A stretch of DNA of 64,000 nt from Leucoraja erinacea (taxonomy: Eukaryota), in NCBI RefSeq assembly GCF_028641065.1, contig NC_073402.1:32116001-32180000 (forward strand), read 5' to 3'. The notes under the pieces are model-generated. The model was not told the origin of the DNA. It worked only from the letters and a program-made list of their open reading frames with translations, and ran no database searches. The translations under genes were made by a program, and so were the position numbers. Of the stretch, positions 52,215 to 64,000 are shown piece after piece; position 1 is the stretch's first letter, and each line of letters begins with the position of its first letter.

Positions 52215-52578
52215 ATAGGTTCATAAGTGATAGGAGCAGAATGAATCCATTCGGCCCATCGTCTACTCCGCCATTCAATCATGGCTGATCTATCTCTCCC
52301 TCCTCACCCCATTCTCCTGCCTTCTCCACATAACCTCTGACACCCGCACTAATCAAGAATCTATCCATCTTTGCCTTAAAAATATCCATTGACTTGGCCT
52401 CCACAGCCTTCAATGGCAAATAATTCTACAGATTCACCACCCATTGACTAAAGAAATTCCTCATCCCCTTCCTAAAAGAAAGTCCTTTCATTCTGAGGCT
52501 ATGACCTCTAGTCCTAGACTCTCCCACTAGTGGAAACATCCTCTCCACATCCACTCTATCCAGGCCTTTCACTATTCC
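52215..52578 (-). mobile_element. CR1-type LINE 3' fragment
   Basis: IVKGLDRVDVERMFPLVGESRTRGHSLR. Confidence 0.85.
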
Positions 52579-53059
52579 AGAGGGGCCCTTCATACTAGTA
52601 TGACTATCTTTGTCGCAGGAAATTTGTCTCAACTTAAAATATGTTTTGATAAAAGTATTTCTTTCAAAAAGTGTGTTTTAGGTTATAGAATATTGTTTTG
52701 CACTCAAAATGGAGATGATTGGGTTATTCTCTGGTTAATTAATTCATAAGCTCTGCACCTACCCGATCTCATCGAATGGTACACTGTTGTCAATAAAATA
52801 ATCCGCTCTGAGCTAAATAGGTTTCCACTTTCTCTGCGAGCTTAATCTATGATTCAAAAGTTCTCAAACCCTTCACTGGACTTATTTCATGTACATTTAA
52901 AGTAGGAATGTATAAATTTGCAGGACTGCTTAAAATTCTTAACACCTTTCAGAGGGCTGGTTCAGATTTTCTACAACATAGCTATAGTAGCACAAACAAT
53001 TCATTTCATGTTACTACTATATTAGTTCATGCACAACTTATTTTCAAACAGTCACTGAC

Positions 53060-53142
53060 CCTTGGAATAAAAAACAGTTCTGCACTGAACTGATACAGCC
53101 ATTCAGCCATGAAATTATAGAGTAGAGATAACATGTCATGTC
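53060..53142 (-). CDS. ZBTB8OS: Archease exon 4
   Basis: (G)HDMLSLLYNFMAEWLYQFSAELFFIPR; 83 nt; tag|...|gtcagt. Confidence 0.92.
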
Positions 53143-53264
53143 CTAAAAGAAAACAGAAATATTAGAGTTAGGGTGGAATTACTGTATTATATTAATCATG
53201 CAAGTATTCCTGCAACTGACTGAGCAACAGCATATAGCATCTTCTGGTGATCAGCATCACCTGA

Positions 53265-53830
53265 GAGATGGAGGAGGGAGATGGGGAGGGGTGGAGGAGG
53301 GAGATGCCCCCTCCCTATCTACCCTCACTCCCACCCTCTCAACCCTGCTCTCTCTCTACCCCCCTCCCTCTCTCTCTACCCCCTCCCTCTCCCTCTCTAC
53401 CCCTCCCTCTCCGTCTACCCCCTCCTTCCCTTCCCCCCCTCCTCCCCCCTCCCCCTGTACCCCCCCCCCCCACTGTACCCCCCCCATCTCTCTCTCTACC
53501 CCCCCTCTTCTTCTCTCTCTACCCCCCTCCTCTCTCTCTCTACCCCCTCCCTCTATCCCTCTACCCCCTCCCACTTCCCCCCCTCTCTCTCTCTCTACCC
53601 CCTCCTCTCTCTCTCCCTCTCTGCCTCTCTCTACCACCCTACCTCTCTCTCCTCTCCCCCTCCATCTCCCTACCCCCTCCCCCTCCCTCCCTCTCTCAAC
53701 CCCCTCCCCCCCCCTCCTTCTCCCTACACCCCTCCCCCTCTCTCAACCCCCCCCCCCCCCCCTCCCTCTCTAGGGATTTAAGAGGGAGGGTGGAGGAGGG
53801 AGGGGATGGGGGGTCACATGGGGGAGCAGA
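53265..53830. repeat. CT-rich low-complexity repeat sharing a segment with the 56892-57910 element
   Basis: gagatggggaggggtggagg...agatgccccctccctatctaccctc at ~53278 matches ~57805-57853. Confidence 0.65.
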
Positions 53831-53874
53831 GATCACAGAAAAACACAAACTCATTGAAAGGACCCCGGGGGGGT

Positions 53875-54255
53875 CGCATTGAAACTTACCGAATAGTGAA
53901 AGGCCTGGATAGAGTGGATGTGGAGAGGCTGTATCCACTAGCGGGACAGTCTGAGACCAGGGCTCACAGCCTCAGAATTAAAGGATGTTCCTTTAGCAAG
54001 ATGAGGAGGAATTTCTTTAGTCAGTGGGTGGTAAATCTGTGGAATTCAATGCCACAGATAGTTGTGGAGGCCAAGTCAATGGATATTTTTAAGTCAGAGA
54101 TAGATAGATTCTTGATTAGTACGGGTGTCAGGGGTTGTGGGGAGAAGGCAGGAGAATGGGGTTAGGAAGGAGAAATAGATCAGCCATGATTGAATGGTGG
54201 AGTAGTCTTGAAGGGCCGAATGGCTTAATTCTGCTATCATTTACGAACTTATGAA
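53875..54255 (+). mobile_element. CR1-type LINE 3' fragment
   Basis: IETYRIVKGLDRVDVERLYPL...VVNLWNSMP. Confidence 0.85.
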
Positions 54256-55267
54256 GTCCATGGAATGTTTTGCTTTTGCAGGTTTACATCCTGCAGGACA
54301 GGTAAATCAGCAATAGTTTCACAGCACACATAAGACAGCAATAACTAAAGATTGAAGCTATGCACTTAAACCATTTTCCACAATTACAGTTGGGTTTCTT
54401 TCAGTAACGGACTGGAAAATGCAGTTTGTATGTAGTAGCGTATCAAGAGTATTTTATTGTCATATACACCGAAGCGGACCAATGAACGTTTTACTTGCGT
54501 CAGCACCACAGGTTTTTCACTGTACCTCGGTACATTTGACAATAAAATAAACTGAACTTACAAAACTCATGCATTCTGGAGGACAAACCCCTCCGCAAAG
54601 CAAATTACAGTCTGAGGAAAGGGTCTCGATACAAAACGTCACATTCCTTCTCTCTGGAGATGCTGCTGTCCCGCTGAGTTACTCCAGCTTTTTGTGTCTA
54701 TCTTCAAATTACAGCCTTCTCTCTATTCCAAGTGTCTTCTGTCCCTAATTGATTGGGGATAATCAGCATGGCCTTGTCCAGTGTAAATGTTATCCCCTAA
54801 ATTTGTTGGATTTTTGTTTGAAGAGGCACCTAAACACATTGTTGAGGTCTGTGCAGTCTACATGAACATTAGCAAGGCCTTTGACAAGGTTCCACAAGGT
54901 AGCCCATGAGATCTCGGGTAAGCTGCCAAAGTGTATCCAATATTGGCTGGATGCTAGCTCGGAGACACAAGGTAGTTGTGGTGGACAGTTGGCCGTCCTG
55001 AATGGAGTCTGGTAACCGGCAAATAAAAATGTAGATCACGCAGTCACATAAAACAGCACGAACATTTAAAACTGATGCCCTGCAGCCTTCCAGTATCACA
55101 GGACTTGATGCTCACAAAACCAAGCACATGTACCCGAAGCAGCTGATTAACAAATGACCCTGCCACACAAGGACGCTCACATAGAGGATAACAGGGTCAT
55201 AGTTGGTTGAAAATCTATAAATACAATTAAATCAACCATAATGTATTTACTACAGAGGTAAGACAAC

Positions 55268-55389
55268 CTTCAGCCTTCACTTCAAGTGTTGTTAAGGGCT
55301 GCACAGTTTCTATGTCTGTCATATAGCCAAACATGGCCATTACAGCCTGTTCAAAAGCCTCTTCAACTGTATCACCCCATGAGTGCAAC
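55268..55389 (-). CDS. ZBTB8OS: Archease exon 3
   Basis: LHSWGDTVEEAFEQAVMAMFGYMTDIETVQPLTTLEVKAE; 122 nt; cag|...|gttgtc. Confidence 0.94.
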
Positions 55390-56891
55390 CTGGAAAACAA
55401 AGGGGCACAGTTCAGGGCCTTGAACTGAGAGTTCATTCTCTTGCCAAGTAATATGCAGGAAGTATAGTTTACACATTCTCTTAGCCACAAATATGCATTA
55501 AGCTGAGGCTTTATAAATCACTGGTGGGGCCACATTTGGAATATTGTGGGCAGTTTTACACCCCATGTCTGAGGATGTGCTGGGCTTTACAGGAATGAGA
55601 TTTACAGAGGAAACAATAGAAGCTAGCTTTCATCAAATGGCTTGGTTGTGAAGAGCACTCAAATTTAAATGTTAACATATTTTAAAGGTTGTGACCATTT
55701 CTAACATTTACAGCTCATGTACCAGCTCATTATTGGCACTTGAAACAGGCACTAATTGTGACTCTTGATTACTGATTTGTACTATTTCTATACACTTGTA
55801 TGCTATCTAAGTTGAGCTTATATATAGTAATACTTGTACTGAACTGTATGCAAAAATGAATTTCACTGCAGCCCGCTTCATGTGACAATAAAGTACCTTT
55901 AAAGCATGTTCCCGATTGTACCATTATTGCATTGGTAACATGATCACATTTCACATCATTTTCAGATTTCCCTACCATACCTTTGACATACCCAGGAACA
56001 GGAATATTGGGTCCATTTTGATAGCTTTGCATTTTAATAGATTATTATTGATCTTTTGCTTCAGTACCACTTTGCTGCACTCTCTCTTGACATCCAAAGA
56101 TATATCAATGACTGCCTTGAGCATACTCAGTGACTCAGCCTCCACAGCCTTTCGGATGCAGAAATCCATTTTCATTCCACAGCTAAATGATTTGTCCCTT
56201 AGTTTGTCCACCCTTGTCTACTGACACCCCCCCCCCCCCCCCCCCCCCCAATGAAATAGCCAATTTCACATCTATCCATCACAAACTGCTTAAGAATTGT
56301 GCATGGTTCAATTAGTACGAGTCTCATTCCTCTAACATCTCAAGAGTATTGAGCCATCCTCTCAATTTTACTATTCCTGGTATCAAATTGGTAAACTTTT
56401 GTGGAACTTTAAATGTTAAATATTGTCACAATACTTGAAACTCCTCATTAAAAACTTAAAGCACATTAATGTCATCCAATCTGCTTGTGTGGTGTATCTA
56501 AACTCATTCAACAAGTAACAGCTGCAAGCAGTTTGGTATTAATATCATTCAAAATATTTTTTCTAGATATGGTCCGTTTGCTAGGCCAGATTCTAATTGG
56601 AAGAAGGTCAATGTTTGGAACTCAATTGGAAAAGCATGAAATACTTTACATGCCTAACTAAGTTAAATCTTAGCGATATGGGGGATTATTTATGTGCTAA
56701 TGACCAGTAGAAACTTTAATAAGTAAGCCTTGGTTGTGAAGTGACACGTTAATTAAAAATAATGCTTAGTTGATTATTCAAAAGGCACACAGGTTTCAAC
56801 GTTCTACACTGGACAGATAGAAAGATGATACAACATCAATGAAACATTTTGAAATGAATGCAAGCTTTAATTCTGTAATTCATTAATTACA

Positions 56892-57910
56892 TCTCTATAA
56901 TACTAAAACTCTTCATCTTGTTTGAGTGTGTATGTGTGTGTGTGTGTGTGTGTGCGTGCGTGCGTGTGTGTGTGTGTGTGTGCGTGTGTGTGTTTGAGTG
57001 TGTTCANNNNNNNNNNNNNNNNNNNNNNNNNNNNNNNNNNNNNNNNNNNNNNNNNNNNNNNNNNNNNNNNNNNNNNNNNNNNNNNNNNNNNNNNNNNNNN
57101 NNNNNNNNNNNNNNNNNNNNNNNNNNNNNNNNNNNNNNNNNNNNNNNNNNNCTATTTTCTTCCAAACGCTAGGCCACGGCCTTCCCATTTTCACACATTC
57201 TACTCACATTTTCCCCGTCGAGGCAATAAACATCTTCCCGTCATATTCCCGCCTATATTTCTGGAATTTTTAATTGTTTAAAGTTTTAAAATAAGCCCGA
57301 AAACTCACCCTTTTCGGAACCCCCCCCCCAAGTGACGTCACAATGCACTCGCAAGGCAGGACGGGACACTCCGGGAGGGAGGGGCACTCCAGCGCTCGCG
57401 TGGCGGCGGCTCCTGGCGCCCGATAGCGAGGGTGGTGCCGCGGGCCCTGGCTGGAGTCGAGCCTGGTGCTCCAGCTGCAGTGAGAGCCGAGCTCGGGGCT
57501 TGGGATGGGGCCGTGACCGGAGCTGAGAAGGAAGCCGCTGCTGGAACCAAGGGCGAGCCTGGGTCCGGTGTCAGGACAAGCCCGGAGATGAAGTCAGGGC
57601 CTGGACTGCAGCCCAGGCGGCGGCCGAGCTGACGGCTGGAGTCTATAGCCAGGGCCGGGCCGCGTATGAGAACCAGGCCCTGGCACTGCTCTACGACCGG
57701 GGTAGGTCCTGGGGCAGGGAATGGGAGTGAGGGGCAGGAGGATGAGGGAAATGGGGTGGGGAGTGGGGTGGCATTGGGAGACGGTGGGGGCGGGGTGTAG
57801 CAGGGAGATGGGGAGGGGTGGAGGCGGTAGATGCCCCCTCCCTATCTACCCTCGCTTCCACCCTCTCTACCCCCCTCCCTCTCCACCCCTTGGTCTAATA
57901 CTTGGTCTAG
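56892..57910 (+). mobile_element. Candidate non-autonomous Helitron (contains gap 57007-57151)
   Basis: Begins A|TCTCTATAATACTAAAAC and ends TTGGTCTAG|T, no target duplication seen; internal microsatellite and GC-rich core. No clear subterminal hairpin. Confidence 0.55.
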
Positions 57911-57998
57911 TAGTATATAAACTCCTCTCTGCTAAAACATTTGAGCTATGTTAGCACCTCTTTCAGTTCACTTTACAATAGACATTTTGAGAACTTAC

Positions 57999-58023
57999 TG
58001 AACATCAGCAGTGTGATCCAAAT
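57999..58023 (-). CDS. ZBTB8OS: Archease exon 2 (25-nt microexon)
   Basis: (Y)LDHTADV(Q) containing the conserved DHTAD motif; tttag|...|gtaagt. Confidence 0.93.
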
Positions 58024-60136
58024 CTAAAGAGAAAACAGAATTGAAAACTCAATATCAATGTCAGTAAGTTATCAGTCATGAAACGCCTAAAAATATCACT
58101 GCAAAATATATACGTGGACAGTTTTATCCCTTAGCACCAAAAGGGTACATGAACTTGTTCAATTACTGATGTTGTTAATTGCTCCACATTATATCAACTT
58201 ATATCATTTTGTCCAAAGCAGAGATTGGACTTTCCTGCCCAAAGTCACATCAAGTATCAGGGATCGAGAACGCTGTCTACCTCATTATTTTTCAACGTCA
58301 ACAAAGCAGAAATATTTCACGGCACTTCACAGAAGCATTAGCAGACACAAAGTGTTTCCATTGTCTGGGGTATTAAACCATAAGTTTGCAATTTGAGTCA
58401 CTTGTGTTTTTCCTGGGAAGATAAAGTTCACCACAAAACCAATTACCTTTGAATTTCTCTTTTTCACAAATGTTATAAGCACTGAGTGACCCAACTATGG
58501 GGAGGAATGCATTGTCCATGCTCAAGTTTAACTGAAATCGTAATGACAGACATTGTAACACAATTTGGCTCTTGAACTGAATGAGCAGTAATTTCGTTGA
58601 AGGGGTGGATGTAAAGTTTTTTCCTGGTTGGGGAGTCTACAACAGAGGGGGTCGGAGTCACACATGGGGATAAATTCTTTACACAGAGGGTATGACCTAT
58701 TGGATTTCACAGCCCTACTGCACTGTTCAGTCACTGAATATATTCAATACAGGTTTATAATTAGTAACCAAATTGAATGATATGTTGTTACTAAAGAAAA
58801 TAGGTACCAAGTCAAATATCAGCCATTATCTTACAGGATAGTGGAACGGGCAAGATTGATTTACAAACATTTAAAAAAAAATCAGAGGCGATTTTAAAAG
58901 CACAATAAAGGAGATATAGAAAATAGGTGCAGGAGTAGGCCATTCGGCCCTTCGAACCGGCACCGCCATTCAATATGATCATGGCTGATCATTCCAGGAT
59001 CAGTACTATATCCCTTGATTCCGTTAGCCCTAAGAGCTATATCCAACTCTCTCTTGAATACATCCAGTGAATTGGCCTCCACTGCCTTGTGTGGCAGAGA
59101 ATGCACTAGGGTCAATATACAGTATATCCGTTAATCAACAGATCCAAAACTGATCATCTGGTTATAATGCTGATTTCAGAATTCCAAAAACTATTCTTGA
59201 GGAAAGCTATGTACTATGTTTTAATACTAAGAATGTGAGGATGGCACAATTCTAAAAAGGTACGTATAAGTTTGAGGAAAGTCACAAAATGCTGGATTAA
59301 CTCAGCTGGACAGGCAGTATCTCTGGGGTGAGATCTCTCCATAGATGCTGCCAGTCCCGCTGAGTTTAGCATTTTGTGTCTGTCTTCTGTGTAAAAAACA
59401 GCATCTGCAGTTCCTTTCGACAAATGTGTGAGGACATACGTGCAACTATTGACGGGAAGCTTAAAATGGTCAAAATAAGTTTAAAGATTTTATACGTACA
59501 GGTATTGGTACAAGATTCAGGAAGATATAATGAACATTTACACAACAGTGGCTCAACCATTGCCCAGTTCTGGGCCACAGATTTTATGAAAGATGCAAAG
59601 GCATTGAAGAGCATACAGAAGAGACATAACATCTCTGGCGATGAGAAGTATGGAGTTTTTTATGACCATAGGACAAGGTGATGGTGGCGGGGAAAGAGGC
59701 ATTTAAAACCACTATGGGTTTAGCCAAAATAAATGGTAGAGTACTCCCACTAGTGATGAAGTGGAGTGCACCACCTTCCTTACATGGTGAGTGGTACACA
59801 AAAATCCTGGAGAAACTCAGCGGGTGCAGCAGCATCTATGGAGCGAAGGAAATAGGCAACGTTTCGGGCCGAAACCCTTCTTCAAACTGCTGCACCCGCT
59901 GAGCTTCTCCAGCATTTTTGTGTACCTTCGATCTTCCAGCATCTGCAGTTCCTTCTTGAACAAATTCCTTACATGGTGATCACCTTCAGTGAGTTGTCAG
60001 TGTTCTCTTTCTGTGCTACTTGACTTTTATTGCGCTTATAAAATAGCTTCATGTTTGTAAAGCCCTTGTGCCCCTTACACTCTTCAGTAGGATCATAGCT
60101 GACCTTTTACTTAGCACCTCGTCTTTAAGTCCAAAT

Positions 60137-60505
60137 CACGGTGGCGCAGCGGGTAGAGTTGCTGCCACAGCACCAGAGACCCAGTCTCAATCCTGATTAT
60201 GTGTACGGTCTGTGTGGAGTTCGCACGTTCTTCCTGTGACCGCGTGGGCTCCCTCTGGGTTATCCGCTTTCCACCCACATCCCAAAGAGGTGTAGGTTTG
60301 TAGGTTGATTGGCTTGGGTAAAAATTGTAAATTGTCCCTAGTGCGTTCAGGATAGTGCTAGTGGACAGGGATGGCCGGTCCCAATAACCCTTTCTGGCTG
60401 AAGCCCCCCCTTCACCAGCTCCAGTTTAAATTCCATTTGGAATATTTTGGAGGACCAAGAAACCAAGACTCGGTTTGCCGAAGGGCTTGTTTCTGCGCTG
60501 TATCT
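60137..60505 (+). mobile_element. V-SINE
   Basis: cacggtggcgcagcgggtagagttgctgcc head, V-domain, tail gaagggcttgtttctgcgctgtatct. Confidence 0.7.
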
Positions 60506-60524
60506 GTAAACATTTCGCTCAAGA

Positions 60525-60950
60525 AGGTGGACACAAAAAGCTGGAGTAACTCAGCGGGACTGGCAGCATCTGTGGAGAGAAGGAATGGATGACGTTTCGG
60601 GTCGAGACCCTTCTTCAATTGGCTTCTTTCCTGTAGGCTTGTGCCCACACACTGACTGACTTGCATCCCGGGGGCATGAACATCGAATTCTCCCAATTTT
60701 GTTAGCCCTTGCTGTCTCCTCCCCTTCCTCAGCCCCCCTGCTGTCTCCTCCCACCCCCCAGCCTTCTGGCTACTCCTCCTTTTCCCTGTCTTGTCCCCAC
60801 CCACCCCCGCCCCCGATCAGTCTGAAGAAGGGTTTCGGCCCGAAACGTCGCCTATTTCCTTCGCTCCATAGATGCTGCTGCACCCGCTGAGTTTCTCCAG
60901 CACTTTTGTGTAACCTTCGATTCTCCAGCATCTGCAGTTCCCTCTTAAAC
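60525..60950 (+). mobile_element. Penelope 3' end with terminal repeat, preceded by an inverted terminal repeat
   Basis: ttgcatcccgggggcatgaacatcgaattctcc (LHPGGMNIEFS), then ctgaagaagggtttcggcccgaaacgtc...; inverted copy at 60525-60617. Confidence 0.8.
60817..60855 (+). ncRNA. Minimal hammerhead-ribozyme-like motif (representative copy)
   Basis: CUGAAGA (60822-60828), extra A, stem GGGU-UUCG-GCCC, GAAA, palindromic ACGU, then C (GUC site). Helix I is weak. Confidence 0.55.
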
Positions 60951-61097
60951 ACTGACTAGGCCCCGCCGTCGCCCCGGCAACGGCCCGACCCTGGGGACGG
61001 ACACAGGCCCCGCGCCTCATCGGGGAGACCAGGCGGGATCCCGGCCCCGAGCACCCCCTGCTATACCATGCCATGCCCGCCCCACTCACTCACTCAC

Positions 61098-61179
61098 ACT
61101 CGTACTTCTTGGTGACGGGCGGGTACTTGCGTTTGACGGCGCGCTGCTCGGCCGTCAGGCTGTACTCCCTGTCGTCCAT
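61098..61179 (-). CDS. ZBTB8OS: Archease exon 1
   Basis: gacATGg; MDDREYSLTAEQRAVKRKYPPVTKKYE; donor T|GTGAGT; 82 nt. Confidence 0.94.
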
Positions 61180-61350
61180 GTCTGCCGGGCTGGGCGGAAG
61201 TCCCGCCCACCGACCCGCCCTCCATTGGGTACAGCCCCCGTCAGTCACCCAGCACTGCTGCAGCCATTGGTGCACTGGCTCCTCCTGCGTCACTTCCTTA
61301 GATACCGTTTAAAATGGCGGCGGGGCTGCGCGGAGTCTGTCGTCTGCAGG
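61180..61350. promoter_or_regulatory. CpG promoter of archease, possibly bidirectional
   Basis: GC boxes, ETS-like cggaagt and cacttcc, two ATTGG (CCAAT) motifs, YY1-type aaaatggcggc at 61311. Confidence 0.6.
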
Positions 61351-61505
61351 TCAGACTTGTTATTAATCAATTAAATGTAGTGACGTTTTACTAAATTAAC
61401 ATTCACGGAACAAACCAAACAGTGACAACACACCCACTACCATAATACTAAAATCACCAAATGTACATCGGTCTGGAGAAGGGTCTCGACCCGAAACGCC
61501 ACCCA

Positions 61506-61880
61506 TCGCATGACATTTTCTCCATCCTCCCATCTGGGAAGAGGTACAGGAGCATCAGCTGCAAAACCAGCAGGATGCTCCTCAGCTTCTTCCCACAGGC
61601 TATAAGACTGTTAAATGGACTTTGCCCCCTGCCAAGTATCGCGCACAAACCCCCACACTGCAGCAGAGCCACTGTTGTGCCGCTGCCGGTCGGAACGGCT
61701 GTTGAATGTTTAGTAGAGTGTAAAATTTGTTCATGACATGTATTTTTTATTTTTATTTCTATTTATTTTTTCATGCACACTGAATGGACACTGGTTGAGC
61801 AACGTTTTTTTGTTTCCTCTGGGTATGCGAATACTCAGGAAATGACAATAAAGATATACAATACAATACAATACAATACA
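61506..61880 (+). mobile_element. Rex1/Babar LINE 3' fragment with (ATACA)n tail
   Basis: HDIFSILPSGKRYRSISCKTSRMLLSFFPQAIRLLN; AATAAA then atacaatacaataca. Confidence 0.8.
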
Positions 61881-63129
61881 TTCCTTCTCTCCTCAGATGC
61901 TGCCTGAGAGTTACTCCAGCATTTAGTGTCTACACCGGATGATCTTATCACTAAATCTCAAATAACTATTTTACAATCCTTATCAAGGATATGCTTGTTA
62001 TTGTGTAACAAGGAAGTGCAGATGTGGTTTACACCAAAGATAGACACCAAATTCCTGAATTTACTCTGCAGGAGAGGCAGCATCTGTGGACGGAAGGAGT
62101 GGGGGATGTTTCGGGTTGAGACCCTGCTTCAGATTTGTTGGAGAGAGGAGGAGAACTTCTTCAAAGTAGGCATACCTTAAGGAGATTTCGCAGACAAAAT
62201 GTGTAAGAAGGAACTGCAGATGCTGAAGAAGGGTCTCGACACAAAACCACACACATTCCTTCTCTCCAGAGATGCTGCCCGTTACTCCAGCACTTTGTGT
62301 CTATCTTCAGTGTAAACCAGCATCTGCTGTTCCTTCCTACTCAGAATGAAACATGTTCTGCTAATAAGGACTAAAGTATTGCTGCCTGAGCCATTGATTT
62401 TTGCTTTCATCAAATTGCATCAGAGTGCTGGTTTAAAAAGGTTACCAAACGTCAAACCGAATGGAAACTCGAGAGGTGAAATAATAGCCCTGATTCTCTA
62501 ACACACTTATGGCTTGTTGAGCCTGTGTTGGCTTTTAGTAAAATAATTAAGCTTGTCCCTTTCCTCTAGCTCTTTTCCTCGAGCCTGCAATTTTTGTTAC
62601 CAATTACCTGTACATTCTGAAACCCAAAATTGAATTGGTTTCCAGCACCCTTTCAGACAGTGCATTTGCAGAACCTCAGCTGAACAATTATCACCGTATT
62701 TCTGAAAACAAAATTAGTGGCTTTGACCTGTTGGATTTGAGATTCAATCTGGAAGATTGTAGCTGTACTTTGCAATTTCATTAAGCTACATGAGAAACTC
62801 AGAACAGAGGGGTCCAAGTGGAGGCAGTAAATTAAATTGGACAGTGGCTAGAAATTCTAGAATATTGCTACAAACACCAGCTAAAATAATTGTTCATTTT
62901 CTTTGGCCCTCTTGAGTTCCTTCAGCAGTTTGCTATATTTGATTTCCTCCCAGGGAGAAAATCCCTTGAGCGGTAAATATGGTAAACTAAATTGAAACAA
63001 TGCAGAAAGGACACCGGAGATGTTCATGCCAGGGCTAGAAAACTGCAGCGGTGACATCGAACCTCCTTTGGCTGCCCAGAGAATGAACCTGCTGCTCACT
63101 GGGGCTTTTCATGTCCATTTGGTACAGGC

Positions 63130-63375
63130 AGAGAGGAGTGGATGTGGAGAGGATGGTTCTGCTAGGGACCAGAGGCCAAAGCCTCAGAATAAAAGGACCT
63201 TCATTTAGCAAGGAGATGACAAGGAATTTCTATAGCCAGATCGTGATGAATCTGTGGAATTCATTGCCACGGAAGACTGTTATGGGGAGAAGGGAAAGGT
63301 AGATCAGCCATGATTGAATGGTAGAACAGACTTGATGGGCCGAATGGCCTAATTCTGCTCCTACAACTTATGAAC
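63130..63375 (+). mobile_element. CR1-type LINE 3' fragment
   Basis: TRGQSLRIKG...MNLWNSLP and the family 3' UTR. Confidence 0.7.
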
Positions 63376-64000
63376 ATGACATGTTTGAAAGATTGCTTCT
63401 CTGGGAGGCCAGAGCACTATAATATCCAAGTCCACACTGAAGCCTCGGAGTTTCCCTTGTGTAACTCCTTAACTGAGCAAAACCTGTATTTGCATGATAA
63501 GTGTGGTGTGCTTTCAAAATTGTTTTAGTGCCGTTAAGATTTGAACAATCACTGAGCATCCTATTGAATGAAATAATTTGCATGTTAATGCAAAACAATT
63601 ACATGTATTACCACGATTAAATTTCATTGGGTATTTTGTGATTTTTAGCCATCTGCGTATGGCCTTCCAATATTAAAAAAATATGTGAAATACAAAAAAA
63701 AATGCGTTTCATTTGGAAGCCTGATGAGCAACTATTTGGGGAGTTGAGTAATAAAGAAGATGATTTTGATTTTGTAAAGTCAATAGTTATTGAATTATTG
63801 TTAACACTTCAGTTAATTCCATCTATTGGTATTGTGACATGCAGTGTTGGTTAACAAATTTGAATGTTATTTAAAATGGAAGGTTGACACAAAATGCTGG
63901 AGTAAGTCAGCGGGTCAGACAGCATCTCTGGAGAGAAGGAATGACGTTTCGGGTCGAGACCTTTCTTCAGACTGATGTCAGGGGGAGTCGGCGGAACAGA

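Noticed and set aside
53198-53882. Pro/Ser/Leu-rich ORFs up to 204 aa
   Set aside because: CT-rich simple sequence in an archease intron.
61180-61293. Upstream extension of the archease ORF
   Set aside because: Non-ATG start in promoter sequence; homology begins at the ATG at 61179.

Overview
Vertebrate genomic DNA, most likely from a skate or ray (inferred from the CR1, V-SINE and Penelope repeat content), with three short N gaps. Three intact genes were reconstructed exon by exon: SRSF10 (+, 6 coding exons, 242 aa), PNRC2 (-, one coding exon, 145 aa, convergent with SRSF10) and archease/ZBTB8OS (-, 7 exons, 162 aa). SRSF10 intron 2 is a minor-spliceosome (U12) intron whose best-fitting ends are the rare AT-AT pair, and it contains a candidate GA-rich autoregulatory exon. 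The PNRC2 intron holds a full-length 4.87-kb DIRS1-type tyrosine-recombinase retrotransposon with ITRs, an internal complementary region and ATT junctions; pol is decayed but the recombinase ORF is open. Also present are an orphan cysteine-less B7-like IgC exon with a candidate TM exon, a candidate non-autonomous Helitron, and many Penelope-derived repeats carrying a minimal hammerhead-ribozyme motif. All calls come from reading the sequence and recalled homologs; no searches were run and repeat boundaries are approximate.
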